Virus record (IMG/VR): IMGVR_UViG_3300045988_052571 | Origin: a virus | DNA: 55,308 nucleotides | Strand: one strand, 5' to 3' | Part shown: piece by piece, positions 8,482 through 18,881 of the stretch | Numbering within the stretch: the stretch's first letter is position 1 | How the letters are laid out: every line of letters begins with the position of its first letter | Made by a program: the position numbers and the translations under genes | The notes under the pieces: model-generated | The model's input: only the letters and a program-made list of their open reading frames with translations | Database searches by the model: none | Told to the model about the DNA's origin: nothing

Positions 8482-8879
8482 ACATACTCCTTTAGGGTCA
8501 GCGTCACCTTGCAGGACTTGAGGCCCCAGAATCTATGTACCACGTCCCAGGTGTCCGACATTTTCTCGAACTTGAACGGATAGCGGGAAAGCGGCCTGTT
8601 GTTGATTATGAAGTAGTCAACAGCGCCAGCCTCGCACAATTCCTGCAAAGCGTTCAGCACCTTGCGCGGGTTTACTCCGAACTGTGAATTAAGCAGCAAC
8701 TCGAACTGGTACTCTTTGAGTCCCGGCCCTACATACTCGCTCTTTTCCTTTCCGCCAATCACGCTATGGGCGGCCCAGTTGCTCGACGTGGAGCCGTTGA
8801 TATTGTCCGGCGTTACGACGCGCCAGCTCGACACTGTGAATACCAGCCCTGCAAAGCTGCCAATTCCGCCCCATGCCAT
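8478..8879 (-). CDS. small baseplate/tail protein (possibly P2 gpU-like)
   Basis: 133 aa; pattern resembles gpU-family proteins; the call is weak. Confidence 0.35.
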   Translation of the reverse strand: MAWGGIGSFAGLVFTVSSWRVVTPDNINGSTSSNWAAHSVIGGKEKSEYVGPGLKEYQFELLLNSQFGVNPRKVLNALQELCEAGAVDYFIINNRPLSRYPFKFEKMSDTWDVVHRFWGLKSCKVTLTLKEYV

Positions 8880-8894
8880 AGAACCACCTCCCGA

Positions 8895-9509
8895 TTACTG
8901 CGGCTTCCCTGTAACGCCAGCCACGGTATACGGGCCAGCAGTTGCGCCGCCGTCGTGGCCGTGGAGGTGATTCACAAGGCTTATTCCGTTTATCTTGCAA
9001 TCTCCGCTCCCGCCGCTGATGTTCACGGTGGAGCCTTTGATTTCAACGTCCGTTCCCTCGATTTTGATAGTGCCGCCCTGCGTCAGCGTGACGGTAGAGC
9101 CACCGACTATGAATTTCAGATCGCCGCCGATTTTGTGGGTTGCGTTCTTGCCGACCGTTTCCGTCGTATTTCCATCGATCTTTTCTTCATAGTTGCCGCT
9201 TTTTCCGTCATAGCTTTCGTAGGCCACGCCCTGCTTGTCGTTGTAGTCGTAACGATACAGGCCCTCCTTTCCGCCGGGGGGCTTGTTGTCGTCGTTCCAA
9301 AAGGTTCCGATGCACGTCCCCATTTCCTGATCTGCGGAGTTGTGCAGGACGCACGCCATCTGCCCAACAACAGGCATCCGATACAGGTTGTTCGACACCA
9401 TGCAGATTTCATCCGTTACGGAATCGTCGCGGTCTTTGTAGGCAACCTCTATCGTTCCCTTGTCGTAGTTGACCTTGGAAACCTCACCAACGCGGATCAC
9501 GCTCTGCAT
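8895..9509 (-). CDS. baseplate spike, gpV-like
   Basis: 204 aa; N-terminal OB-like IRVGEVSKVNYDKGTIEV, C-terminal beta-helix repeats and an HLHGH tip motif. Confidence 0.65.
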   Translation of the reverse strand: MQSVIRVGEVSKVNYDKGTIEVAYKDRDDSVTDEICMVSNNLYRMPVVGQMACVLHNSADQEMGTCIGTFWNDDNKPPGGKEGLYRYDYNDKQGVAYESYDGKSGNYEEKIDGNTTETVGKNATHKIGGDLKFIVGGSTVTLTQGGTIKIEGTDVEIKGSTVNISGGSGDCKINGISLVNHLHGHDGGATAGPYTVAGVTGKPQ

Positions 9510-9514
9510 ATAGA

Positions 9515-10552
9515 TCAGCCTCCCACTCTGCTTCCTGCGTATTCGTTCGTGAGGCCGCCGGAGTTATCCAGCGGTCGGGTGATACTATCAAGATAATACT
9601 TCCCGTCCATCTTTCCGTACCCCTGAATGTTCACGCACTGTGTTGCGTGGATATTCAAGTCGCCCATTGTCTTGAACGACACGGTGGTATTGGAATGATT
9701 CTTCATTGCAATAGCTGCTTCGAGCTGTCGTTTCGCGTCGGCCTCGCTGGACGCATACTGGTTTAGTTTCAACATCCTGTCACCGCTACCGACGGTGACA
9801 TTGATATTGACTTTCTTCCGCTGGTTGGTGTATGTGAACACGCCGCCTGTGTATGTTCCGGCCAATGTTGTGTTCCAGGAAAAGGAACCCGGTACAATGT
9901 CCGCCGGGGTGAATGTCCTTACGGCATCCTTTTGTTTGTATTTCTCGCGGTCGAAAATCCAAATCTTCCCCATGTACACTTTCAGGATCAGGCCGTAGGT
10001 TTCGCACAGGCTCTTGAGGAAAGCACTGTCGTTGTCGTCCTGTTCCTTGATGGCAATGTCCACATCTTCGGCATCCATCGAGCATTGCAGGCTGTTGCGC
10101 TCCGCAATGGTCGATGCAATGCGCTGGATGGATGTGTTCTTCCAGACCTGTTCTCGGTTTCTCTCGTGGAAGCCCGTATCGCTTGGCCGCGCCACCGCGC
10201 CGATTGTCAGCACGTCCGGGCAGCCTGTGAAGCCCAGGTCATCCACCACCAAAACGCCGCAGTCCAGTTCTGCACTGTCGCCCTGCACGATCCAGTTTTT
10301 CGTGCAGAGTTTCGGATGCAGCTTTGCGGCAATGTCCGGCATCCACCCATTTTTCCATTTCACGTTGCTGGCGTTCACCTTGATGGAAAGGCTATCAGAA
10401 GAATCCGATCCGCTGTCCGTAAAAGTGAAACTCTCCACATCGTTCTTAATGTCAGCGGTCATATCGTTGTCGTTGTATTCGACTGACAGGAACGCTTGGC
10501 GTGGTAAGAACACGTCGATCACCTCACTTCTTCCAAGGCGGCAGGTTTTCAA
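9515..10552 (-). CDS. baseplate hub / late control D-like protein
   Basis: 345 aa; order X-D-V as in P2; an alternative GTG start at 10522 gives a GTGA overlap. Confidence 0.55.
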   Translation of the reverse strand: MKTCRLGRSEVIDVFLPRQAFLSVEYNDNDMTADIKNDVESFTFTDSGSDSSDSLSIKVNASNVKWKNGWMPDIAAKLHPKLCTKNWIVQGDSAELDCGVLVVDDLGFTGCPDVLTIGAVARPSDTGFHERNREQVWKNTSIQRIASTIAERNSLQCSMDAEDVDIAIKEQDDNDSAFLKSLCETYGLILKVYMGKIWIFDREKYKQKDAVRTFTPADIVPGSFSWNTTLAGTYTGGVFTYTNQRKKVNINVTVGSGDRMLKLNQYASSEADAKRQLEAAIAMKNHSNTTVSFKTMGDLNIHATQCVNIQGYGKMDGKYYLDSITRPLDNSGGLTNEYAGSRVGG

Positions 10553-10721
10553 CCTCCGTCTTTACCGTGACTTCCGGGGTGACAAGCTGCACCCCGGAAT
10601 CAAACTGGTAAACGTCGTTGTACTCTCTGTTGGCGGTCATCAGCACGTCCGCCCGCATTTCGTCGTCATAGACGATCTTTGCGATCCCGTCCCATGTGTC
10701 GCCGCTTTTGGTAACGTACAT
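10524..10721 (-). CDS. tail protein X-like (LysM-type)
   Basis: 65 aa; YVTKSGDTWDGIAKIVY is LysM-like; follows the tape measure. Confidence 0.6.
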   Translation of the reverse strand: MYVTKSGDTWDGIAKIVYDDEMRADVLMTANREYNDVYQFDSGVQLVTPEVTVKTEVENLPPWKK

Positions 10722-10733
10722 AGAACCGCCTCC

Positions 10734-13700
10734 TTATGCGTACTTCGTGCGCTGTTCTCTGCGCTGTTCTTCCTTGATCTCCTTTTTGATTTCAGCCTTG
10801 AACTTCTCGAACTGCTCACGCATGATTTGCTCAATCTCTGCGCGGTCAGCCTTTCCGTATGCTGTAATCTGCGGGGAGAATACAAACTGCATCCCGTCGC
10901 CGTCGCCCCCGCCGGAGGTTCTGGAACTTCTGTATGCAGCCTGCGGAATCTCGCTCAACTCTGTTGTGCCTGCATCACGCGGCGGCAGGACGTAAAGGGG
11001 TACTCCCGTGTCTGTTAGAACACCGTTTCCCCAGCTCGAAAGCACCGTCCCGCCGTTGTAGGTTTTCGCCGCTTCGGTCAGGAGCGACGTTGCCTCGTTG
11101 TCGCCAAGGTACTTTTTCAGCACGATGGGGGCCACGTCTGCGGCAATACTGGTGGCGGCCAAGGCCAAGGAGCCGTCGCCCGCCATAGAGTTATTCGTCA
11201 CGCTCCACAGCAGCGAGGCCGCGTCGCCCGCCGTGCGGATTCCGTTGGAGCGCAGGGCATATTCGCCATACGCCTTGCTAAAGTCGATCAGGTTGTCCAG
11301 CTTCTCGCGGCTACCGTCGGTAAACCCGCCGTTGGCAAAGTAGGACACGTTCTGCGGCCCGATGGCACGGGTCGCATCCTCCCCGGTCACGCCCAGCATC
11401 CGGCCAGCCCGTACCCAGTGATTCACGTTTTCATCGTGAACGCTGCGTTTGAAGCTGATAACCGCCTCCGTCCCGGCCTCACCTGCGATACTGACACCGT
11501 GGGTGAATCCGCCGTTGGCAAATGCAGGAGCCGGAACTTCTGCAAGGCTAAAGCCCCACTCCTTGCCCGCGATGCCCTCCGGCAGAGAAATACCGAGGAT
11601 TTTTGTAGGCATCTTGATGTGGATTTTGTTCAGCGCGCGGATGATGGTATTTACCACGGAAACGCCGATGGAAGCAATGCCCTTTATCAGCCCGATTATT
11701 CCCTGAATCACAGGCTCAATTACAGGCAGGAGACCGTGAATCACATCCACGATTACCTTAATTGCGTTTACCAGCGTCGTTCCCACCAGGTCTATAATCG
11801 TACTAATCAGCGGGGCCACCGCCGGGAACAATTCATTCACCACAAAGCTCATCACATCCGCCAGCAGGGGCTTAATGTGATTTACGCCCAGGTCTACGAT
11901 CTGGCTTACCAGCCCTGTCACAGACTGGATAATGGGAATGGCCGCCCCGAACGCTTGGCCGAGGTCTACGCCAAACATACTTTTCCCGCTCAGCTTCTCC
12001 TGAATGTTCAGCAGGTTGTCCAGCGAGAAAGCATTTTTAATTCCATCACCGATTTTCTTGACATCTGCAAAGAATGTATTGAAAATCTTCAACCCGGTCG
12101 GGCCAAAAACTTTCAATACGATCTGCTGAATATCCGCGAAATGGTCTCCCAGCAGGGACACCACCGCAATGATGCTGCCGATTCCGGCAATTACCGGGCC
12201 GAATGTTCCGAGCAAGCCCATAAACGCGCCACCCAGTTTCCCGGCCACCGGGCCGAGAACCGTTTGCCCCACATTGAGTCCTGCTCCAAGGAACTGCGTC
12301 ACGTCCTTTACGCCCTGCACAGCACCGCCGCCGATTTTAACCGCCGTCTGTCCAACTTTGGAAGATGCAATATTTCCGGCGAGCGTCTTTGCTCCGTAAA
12401 GCGTGTTGCCCGCAAAATTCTTTACGCCGCCGACCGCGCCTTTTCCGAGGCCGACCGCCTTTTGGCCGATGCTTGTAATGAAGTTGCCCAGCGGGCTGTT
12501 CATTGCATTCTGCATTGGGCCGCCAAAGATTCCCGCGAGGCTGCTTGCAATTCCGCCGACTCCGTTCTTCGCCGTCTGTCCAAGCCATTTCCCGACTCCG
12601 ATAGTTTGCTGAACCAAGTTCGTTCCATGCAAGCCCTTTACCGAGTTTACCACGCTCGTTCCGTATTGGCCCAAAGAACTTCCCTTGAGCATCCCGAAGA
12701 GGCCACCGGAACTTTTGGCGGCTGTGATCTGATCTGCTGTTTTCAGAACATTCTTCCACAGCGTTTCCGGCTTGCTCGTTTTGCTCGTCAGTTGCTTTTT
12801 GTTTTTCAGGCCGAAGATCGTACCGATAATCGTGTTCTCTGCATTTTGCAGAAAACCGCCGATACCGCTGGATGTGACAGGGCTGCCGTTTGCCTGAGTC
12901 ATGCTGCTGTTTGCCAGACCTGCGCCCAGCTTTGCGGCATTCCACATATCCACGGTGTTTCCTGCGGCGGCGGCTCCTTTTCCGAAGATGCTGTCTTTTG
13001 CAACGCTCAACGGGCCAGTGCCTTTTCCGCCGCCAAAAATCCTTGTTGCACCATTCACCACTTGGAGAATCTGCGGGGCGACGGACATTGCGGCGAACGT
13101 CGCGGCGGTTCCTCCGATTACCTTTGTAACCGTCGCGCTGTTGTCGTAGCTACCGTTCTCGCTCTTTACGTTGATGAACTCAAGGAATTTCTTCACGATC
13201 TGCCAGAGCGATTCCAGCGCGCCGCCCAGGGCAGAAATTCCGTTTTGAGCAAGCTGTGCAAGCTGGCCTGTTACGCCAGCAATCAGTGGAGCGTTTGCCT
13301 CGACTTCTTTTGCAAACCCAACAAACCAGTCTGCGCCCTGTTTTACCACAGGGAGGAACGCTTCACCGAACGACTCCCGCAGATTGCGCCACGCATTTTG
13401 TGCAAGCTGGATGGAGTTTTCCGCCGTATCGCTACGAGTCAGATACTCGTTTTCCATGCTACCTTCCCATGCGTGCTTCCCGCTGGTGTCAGTGTCGCTG
13501 ATCCAAGAGAGGTTTTGTTCCAGCATCGGGATATTCTGTGCTATTTTCGTTGCGGACTCCACGGCACGCTTTCCGAAATACTGGCCCATCAAACTGATCT
13601 GTTGATCCTGCGGCATCGTCTGGATGCGGGAGAAGAAGTCCTTGATGGCCCCGACGGAATCCTTCTGCATTCGCTTTGCAAATTCCACCGGGTCAAGACC

Positions 13701-14483
13701 CAGCTTTCCCATGACCTTTTCTTCCGTGCTGGTCGCCGCGCTGCCCGCCGTCCACTTCAAGAACATATTGCGCAGGCTGGTTGCGGCGGAGTCGTCGTCA
13801 ACTCCCGTTGCCACCAGAACGTCCGCCATTGCGGCTACAGAACTTGTGTCCACGCCAGCCATTCCGCCCAGACTGCCAACGCGGGTTACAATGCCCGCCA
13901 GGTCGGCGGCTGTTGCATTCGTGTTGTTGGACAGGAAGTTTAGCTGATCCGCTAAGCCGACGATTTCTTTTTCCGTCAGGTTGAACGCCTGCTTCCACGT
14001 TGCCATCCATTTGCCGGATTGCTTCGCGTCGGAATCAAAGGCAATCGCCATCTTTGCGGCATCCGCTGTGTAGTTGAGGATTTCCGGGGTAGAGGTAACG
14101 CCGCTCTGACCAAACGCAGCAGCAATAGCACCAGCGTCCTCAAACTCCATAGGAATCAGGGTTGTCATATCTTTTAACCCGGATTTCATTTCGTCGTAAT
14201 GCACAGTGAAATTGCCGTTGTCATCTTTCAGTTCATCGACCACCTTTGCCACTTCTGCCATCGTGCTTTCGTACTTCATGGCATCTTTTGTGGCATCTGC
14301 AAAGAACTTCGTCGTGCCAACTGCAAGCCCGGTCATTGCACCGAGTCCAATTTTTCCGACGTTGCTTATCGTCTTTGCCAGCTGGCCGATCTGGCCGTTT
14401 GCGCTTTTTACGGCCTGCGCCAACGAGTTGTCAACTCGTCCGCCAATCAGGATAGAAAGTTCTAGTTCCTGATTTTTCGCCAT
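10734..14483 (-). CDS. tail tape measure protein
   Basis: 1249 aa, Gly/Ala-rich and helical; follows the chaperone frameshift pair. Confidence 0.85.
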   Translation of the reverse strand: MAKNQELELSILIGGRVDNSLAQAVKSANGQIGQLAKTISNVGKIGLGAMTGLAVGTTKFFADATKDAMKYESTMAEVAKVVDELKDDNGNFTVHYDEMKSGLKDMTTLIPMEFEDAGAIAAAFGQSGVTSTPEILNYTADAAKMAIAFDSDAKQSGKWMATWKQAFNLTEKEIVGLADQLNFLSNNTNATAADLAGIVTRVGSLGGMAGVDTSSVAAMADVLVATGVDDDSAATSLRNMFLKWTAGSAATSTEEKVMGKLGLDPVEFAKRMQKDSVGAIKDFFSRIQTMPQDQQISLMGQYFGKRAVESATKIAQNIPMLEQNLSWISDTDTSGKHAWEGSMENEYLTRSDTAENSIQLAQNAWRNLRESFGEAFLPVVKQGADWFVGFAKEVEANAPLIAGVTGQLAQLAQNGISALGGALESLWQIVKKFLEFINVKSENGSYDNSATVTKVIGGTAATFAAMSVAPQILQVVNGATRIFGGGKGTGPLSVAKDSIFGKGAAAAGNTVDMWNAAKLGAGLANSSMTQANGSPVTSSGIGGFLQNAENTIIGTIFGLKNKKQLTSKTSKPETLWKNVLKTADQITAAKSSGGLFGMLKGSSLGQYGTSVVNSVKGLHGTNLVQQTIGVGKWLGQTAKNGVGGIASSLAGIFGGPMQNAMNSPLGNFITSIGQKAVGLGKGAVGGVKNFAGNTLYGAKTLAGNIASSKVGQTAVKIGGGAVQGVKDVTQFLGAGLNVGQTVLGPVAGKLGGAFMGLLGTFGPVIAGIGSIIAVVSLLGDHFADIQQIVLKVFGPTGLKIFNTFFADVKKIGDGIKNAFSLDNLLNIQEKLSGKSMFGVDLGQAFGAAIPIIQSVTGLVSQIVDLGVNHIKPLLADVMSFVVNELFPAVAPLISTIIDLVGTTLVNAIKVIVDVIHGLLPVIEPVIQGIIGLIKGIASIGVSVVNTIIRALNKIHIKMPTKILGISLPEGIAGKEWGFSLAEVPAPAFANGGFTHGVSIAGEAGTEAVISFKRSVHDENVNHWVRAGRMLGVTGEDATRAIGPQNVSYFANGGFTDGSREKLDNLIDFSKAYGEYALRSNGIRTAGDAASLLWSVTNNSMAGDGSLALAATSIAADVAPIVLKKYLGDNEATSLLTEAAKTYNGGTVLSSWGNGVLTDTGVPLYVLPPRDAGTTELSEIPQAAYRSSRTSGGGDGDGMQFVFSPQITAYGKADRAEIEQIMREQFEKFKAEIKKEIKEEQRREQRTKYA

Positions 14484-14623
14484 TCCTCCGCCACCTCCTC
14501 GTTAATCTCCACCATTTCACGCACAGGGAGGTTGAGGTAAAAGTCTGCTCCCGTGTGCGTGACGGAGGCCAAACCTACCGCCGCCTTTCTGATTTCTTTG
14601 TAACCGCCTTTTACTCGAAAAAA
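14462..14623 (-). other. -1 frameshift extension ORF of the tail assembly chaperone (slippery T TTT TTC at 14617..14623)
   Basis: The minus strand reads GAT TTT TTC GAG TAA. The -1 frame stays open for about 50 codons (FFRVKGGYKEIRK...EEWRKIRN) to TAG 14462..14464, overlapping the tape-measure start. Confidence 0.55.
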
Positions 14624-15285
14624 TCCTTATCGTTCACCGCGTTTTTCAGGGGCATAGCCTCGCACAGAGGCAGACCCAGGAAGAACTTCACGTCCTTGCC
14701 AGTCGCCATGCTTGCCATCAGGCAGCAGTAGTAGTAGTTACTGGTGCGCTCGATGGCACGAATGTCCTCTTCCTCCATGCGGTTCTCTGCCTGCCGGATG
14801 TTCATGCCCGTAAGGCTGCCCACGCCGGAGAGGTCAACTTCGGTGTGGGTTTCGCCCTTGTAGAGATAGGGCTTGTGCAGGTGCAGAATGTGGGGGCGGG
14901 TGTCGCTCTCGTCTTTCTGTGCAGGGACAGTGATCGCGCCCTGCACCATCTGGCGCACCTTTTTGCTTGCGCCGATGGGCAGGAGTTTGAAAAACTCAAT
15001 GGGCAGGTCGGTTGCCTTGGCTGCCAGCTCGTCGGTGTAGGCGGTGGAGGTTTCGGGCATCACCATCGCGGCCAGTTCGCCGTCGCCCGTCAGCTTTTTC
15101 ACGGTCAGCACCGCATCCTCGATAGTCAGCTTGTCCAGGCCGGACAGGTCGATTTCGGAATATTCCTCGTCGTCGAATTTGTACGGCTTTGCCAGCTTCA
15201 CCAGCTTATCGTTGGTCTGCTCTGCGGCGGGTGCGGTCTGCTCGGTAACTTTCTGCTCAACTGCGGTAGAAACATTCTTTTCCAT
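14611..15285 (-). CDS. tail assembly chaperone (gpE/gpG-like)
   Basis: 224 aa from Met22 (RBS GAAAGGA); internal duplication; sits between the tube and tape-measure genes. Confidence 0.6.
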   Translation of the reverse strand: MEKNVSTAVEQKVTEQTAPAAEQTNDKLVKLAKPYKFDDEEYSEIDLSGLDKLTIEDAVLTVKKLTGDGELAAMVMPETSTAYTDELAAKATDLPIEFFKLLPIGASKKVRQMVQGAITVPAQKDESDTRPHILHLHKPYLYKGETHTEVDLSGVGSLTGMNIRQAENRMEEEDIRAIERTSNYYYCCLMASMATGKDVKFFLGLPLCEAMPLKNAVNDKDFFE

Positions 15286-15360
15286 GTTGTTTTTCCTTTC
15301 TCTGCATACAAAAAATTGACCGCCCCGATTCTTTTCCGGGGCGGTCATGCCGTTTGCTTT

Positions 15361-15888
15361 TTAGATCAGCGCGCTCACATCCGCCAGCATATCCTCGCCG
15401 TTGACGCGATAAATGCCGTTGAGCTTGTCGATCTCGATAATCTGCTGACCGTCGTTCTCGATCATCAGGTAGGTGAGTTCCAGCTTCACCTTTGCGTCCA
15501 TGCCCTCACCGGGCTTGATCTTACCGGGGGTGAACTCCTTGACGCGGCCCACCTCAACGATGCGCAGACCCTTGTAGGCATAACCGAGGTTCTTGTCCAC
15601 GGCCTGCTGGGCGGCGCGAATGGTAAGGTTTACCTGCCGCTTCGGGGACAGCATATCCACGAAAGAAGAGTAGATCAGGTTGAACGTGATCTCCTGTTCG
15701 ATGGATTCAAACTGGCCGATGTTCGGGGCGGAAATCTTGCCGAGGATGCCAGTGCCGGAAACGTCGATAGTTTCCGAGGTGATGGTCGGCATAGAAATCT
15801 CGCTGGTAACGCCGATTGCCTTATTGCCGTTGATGTAGGTGTTATAGGAGTTGACGACCTCCGGGGTCAGGTTAGTGTCGAGTGCCAT
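15361..15888 (-). CDS. tail tube protein (P2 FII-like)
   Basis: 175 aa directly downstream of the sheath gene. Confidence 0.7.
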   Translation of the reverse strand: MALDTNLTPEVVNSYNTYINGNKAIGVTSEISMPTITSETIDVSGTGILGKISAPNIGQFESIEQEITFNLIYSSFVDMLSPKRQVNLTIRAAQQAVDKNLGYAYKGLRIVEVGRVKEFTPGKIKPGEGMDAKVKLELTYLMIENDGQQIIEIDKLNGIYRVNGEDMLADVSALI

Positions 15889-15911
15889 AGTCTTTTACCT
15901 CCTTGCGCCGC

Positions 15912-17360
15912 TTACTGGGCCAGGGCGGTGGACAGCGCATCCGGGTCAAACTCGACCAGTTCCTCGATGTCCTCCGCAGGGCCAAACGGGGTCATGTACT
16001 TGTGGAAAGTAATGCAGCCGTTCAGCAGGTTGGTGGTCGGGTTCTCCGACTCAAGGTATTTCAGCTCATAGCGGGCGCAGATGCCGCGGGAGACAAAGCT
16101 GTTGCCGCGGACGTTCTCGCTGTCCACCAGGGCCTCGATCAGACGCTTATTTGCGGGGCTGTCCACTTTCTGAAAGTACGTCTGAATGAACGTGTTGTCG
16201 TCCCAGCAGAAGAAGCGGCGGACGCTAAACCATCTGTCCTTGGGGTCGGTGTTGCCGGGGTAGCAGGCAGTGTTGTTGCCCCACAGGCGGAAGCCGTTGA
16301 TGTTCAGCCAGGTTGCCACGCCAAAGCTGTTCACGACGTTGGCCTGCTCCTGATCGAGCAGCACTTCCGTGCCGTCTTTCAGACAGGCGGCGGAGATCGG
16401 GACGGTCTTGTTGGACGGGCTGACGTTCGGGATGTCGCCGTTATCCGCATCGGTCGCCACGGTCACAGCGGCGGCCATTGCAGAGCCAGCGTAGAGAACG
16501 TCGCCCGCCTTGGCGTACAGCCACACGGCGTAGCAATTTGCGCTGGTGACGGCCTGCTTCTCTTTCTGCTGCTTCACATCGTCGTACTTGGTCGCGCCAT
16601 TGGTGGAACTGTCGATGTCCACGATGCAGACGCAGTTAAACACGCCGTTGATACGGGTGGTCTTTGCCTGCAAGCCAGCAGACACGATGGCGTTCTCCGA
16701 CCAGCCGGGAGCGATCAGAATACCCGGAACCATGTTCAGCTTCGGGAAGATCATGCGGATGCACTCCATGCCGGACTCAACGCCAGCGGCGGAAACTGCG
16801 CCCACAATGTCCGCCGGGGTGACTGCGGACGGATCGATCTGAACGCCGCTCACGGTCAGGCTGGTTGCGGACTTGCCCGCGCCGCCGGGGATAACAACGA
16901 TATTGACGTAGCCGTTATCGTCAAACGCCGCAGTGTAGTCAGTGCCAGCGGTCAGCGTTGCGGATGCCGCCTTGACGACCAGCTTGTCCAGCAGCACGCC
17001 TTTCTCTTCCAGAACGGCAACTCCGCTGTTGATCTGCACGGTCTTTTCGGTCAGGTTCTTCTTGTGCTTGTTGGGATCAAGCACGTTGATAAGAACCATC
17101 GGTGCGACGTTCACGACCTTAAAACTTGCGCCCATGCTCTGGCAGAGGGTGTAGTTTTCGTAGTCGTCGCTGTAACCAACTGCCGCAGTTGCGCCAGCCA
17201 GCGTGTTTGCCAGCATGGGAACATTGGTGCAGTGGTAGGGGTCACTTGCCTGGTTGACAGGTGCAGTGCCGATTACGACCTGCAATCCTGCCGTGGCAAC
17301 GACCGGGGCAACCAGGCTGGTTGCCTGCTCAGTGGTATATACGCCATGCTTATATGCCAT
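15912..17360 (-). CDS. contractile tail sheath protein
   Basis: 482 aa; N-terminus MAYKHGVYTTEQATS is typical of sheath proteins; sheath-tube order. Confidence 0.85.
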   Translation of the reverse strand: MAYKHGVYTTEQATSLVAPVVATAGLQVVIGTAPVNQASDPYHCTNVPMLANTLAGATAAVGYSDDYENYTLCQSMGASFKVVNVAPMVLINVLDPNKHKKNLTEKTVQINSGVAVLEEKGVLLDKLVVKAASATLTAGTDYTAAFDDNGYVNIVVIPGGAGKSATSLTVSGVQIDPSAVTPADIVGAVSAAGVESGMECIRMIFPKLNMVPGILIAPGWSENAIVSAGLQAKTTRINGVFNCVCIVDIDSSTNGATKYDDVKQQKEKQAVTSANCYAVWLYAKAGDVLYAGSAMAAAVTVATDADNGDIPNVSPSNKTVPISAACLKDGTEVLLDQEQANVVNSFGVATWLNINGFRLWGNNTACYPGNTDPKDRWFSVRRFFCWDDNTFIQTYFQKVDSPANKRLIEALVDSENVRGNSFVSRGICARYELKYLESENPTTNLLNGCITFHKYMTPFGPAEDIEELVEFDPDALSTALAQ

Positions 17361-17374
17361 GATCTTTTACCTCC

Positions 17375-17668
17375 TTACTCAATGGCCGCTTTCACGGCGG
17401 CAAAAAGAATACCCGCTGCGCTCTTGGGATTTTCCAGAGCTTTGCGGGTATCACTGAACTGTTCGATGGGAACCAACAGGCCCTTTGCCATCGGAACCGT
17501 TTCAAGGAAGCGGTTCATCATATCCGGCAGCATATCGCCGTCGGCGTACACCGTGTACTGTTTCACGGTGTTCTTCACGGTCGGGCCGCAGTAAACGACA
17601 GGGCCAGTTGCCTTAACCTCTGCGGCGTTCTCTGCCTGCTCGGCCTGTTTTGCTTTTGCAGTGCTCAT
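17375..17668 (-). CDS. hypothetical structural protein
   Basis: 97 aa; coupled to neighbouring genes. Confidence 0.45.
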   Translation of the reverse strand: MSTAKAKQAEQAENAAEVKATGPVVYCGPTVKNTVKQYTVYADGDMLPDMMNRFLETVPMAKGLLVPIEQFSDTRKALENPKSAAGILFAAVKAAIE

Positions 17669-18201
17669 GTGAGTGCCTCCACTTCCGGGTTGTTTTCTCT
17701 GCTCATGCTTGGGCCTGTAACGTCCATCTGAACAGTAGAGAAATAATACGGTTTTGTATCGTCCTGCTGAATTACGCAGGTAATCGGCATTAAGACGTTG
17801 AAGTAATCTCCAAAGACGTTGTACACTTTGAAATGCTGACTAATATCCTGCATGATGTTGTACAAATCCAGAAGAGCCGGTGCCTTTTTTAGTTTCTCGA
17901 TCTCTTCCTTGCTTCGCGCAGGTGTTTGGTATGTACAGATAACCATGCTCATGTCAATCATTTCAGGCTCTTCTATGTCGGTGCTCCACCCGGCTGCTTT
18001 CACAAGCACGAATGGGGCAGCGGCGGCCAGTGTGTCCACATCTTCGTCGTTACCGTTATCGTCCGGGAACTCGAACTCAAAAAACTTCAGCTGCTTGTTC
18101 CCGCCCTGGCCGCTGAATGTTTTCCCTTCAAAGAGTTTTTCTAACTCCTTGCGCAGAACTTTTACCGCATCAATGGGGGTGTAGTTCGTCGGTTTGCTCA
18201 C
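17665..18201 (-). CDS. putative neck/tail completion protein
   Basis: 178 aa; called on position only. Confidence 0.4.
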   Translation of the reverse strand: MSKPTNYTPIDAVKVLRKELEKLFEGKTFSGQGGNKQLKFFEFEFPDDNGNDEDVDTLAAAAPFVLVKAAGWSTDIEEPEMIDMSMVICTYQTPARSKEEIEKLKKAPALLDLYNIMQDISQHFKVYNVFGDYFNVLMPITCVIQQDDTKPYYFSTVQMDVTGPSMSRENNPEVEALT

Positions 18202-18881
18202 TTCTTCTTACCTCCTGCCTGCATCAAGATTTTTTCAACCTCGTGCCGCAAGCGATCCTGCAAGATGATCTCGCTTTCCGGCTCTACTTCTTCCCGCCAT
18301 ACGGTACTGTGCATGGAACTTGCAGACGGCGCAGACATGGTGTAAAGATATTCGATAATCCCGTTTTTGCTCTTCCACCGTGTCGGCTTCGGATTCTTTG
18401 CAGGCTTGCCGATAATTCTTTGCACCATGCCAACGTGTCCGCTCTCGAACCGCACCAAGAAGCCCTTGCTTCCCGGCCCGATAAGTGTTTGTCCGCCTGT
18501 CAGGTTATCCATTGGCGATTTTTTCAAAACCTTGCCTGTATGAAATTCAGGCGAGTGTACCCAGTTTCCGCCCATGTGTGGTTCGGTTGGGTTTGTCTTG
18601 AAATCCGCCAGATCGTTTCTTCGACTTTTGATGAAAATTTCTGCGGTCGGATTCTGTATCGTTGCGCGGTTTCGGAGTTTCAGTTGGTTTAGGTGGCGGC
18701 GGCCCGCCGTGCTTACGGCGTATCGGAGTTTCGCTTGCCGGATCATCATGTTTTTTGCGCGGGTCGCCGTTTGGTTCACCGCGTTTTTCATGGCTCTAGG
18801 AGCCTTGTCCTTTGCGTCGCCCAGTGCCTTTTCTACTTCGTAGATGTTCGGCACAGATACGTCATAGATTGCCTTCGCCAT
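18198..18881 (-). CDS. HK97 gp10-like neck protein
   Basis: 227 aa; N-terminal pattern AMKNAVNQTATRAKNMMIRQAK resembles the gp10 family. Confidence 0.45.
   Translation of the reverse strand: MAKAIYDVSVPNIYEVEKALGDAKDKAPRAMKNAVNQTATRAKNMMIRQAKLRYAVSTAGRRHLNQLKLRNRATIQNPTAEIFIKSRRNDLADFKTNPTEPHMGGNWVHSPEFHTGKVLKKSPMDNLTGGQTLIGPGSKGFLVRFESGHVGMVQRIIGKPAKNPKPTRWKSKNGIIEYLYTMSAPSASSMHSTVWREEVEPESEIILQDRLRHEVEKILMQAGGKKK

Noticed and set aside
11418-13943. 841-aa + strand ORF, together with similar giant ORFs at 15903..17594, 19464..20591, 20527..22296, 24144..25889 and 14845..16071
   Set aside because: All are antisense to well-supported structural genes. They have Arg/Cys/His/Gly-rich low-information composition and lack RBSs. 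The codon bias of the sense genes keeps the antisense frame open.
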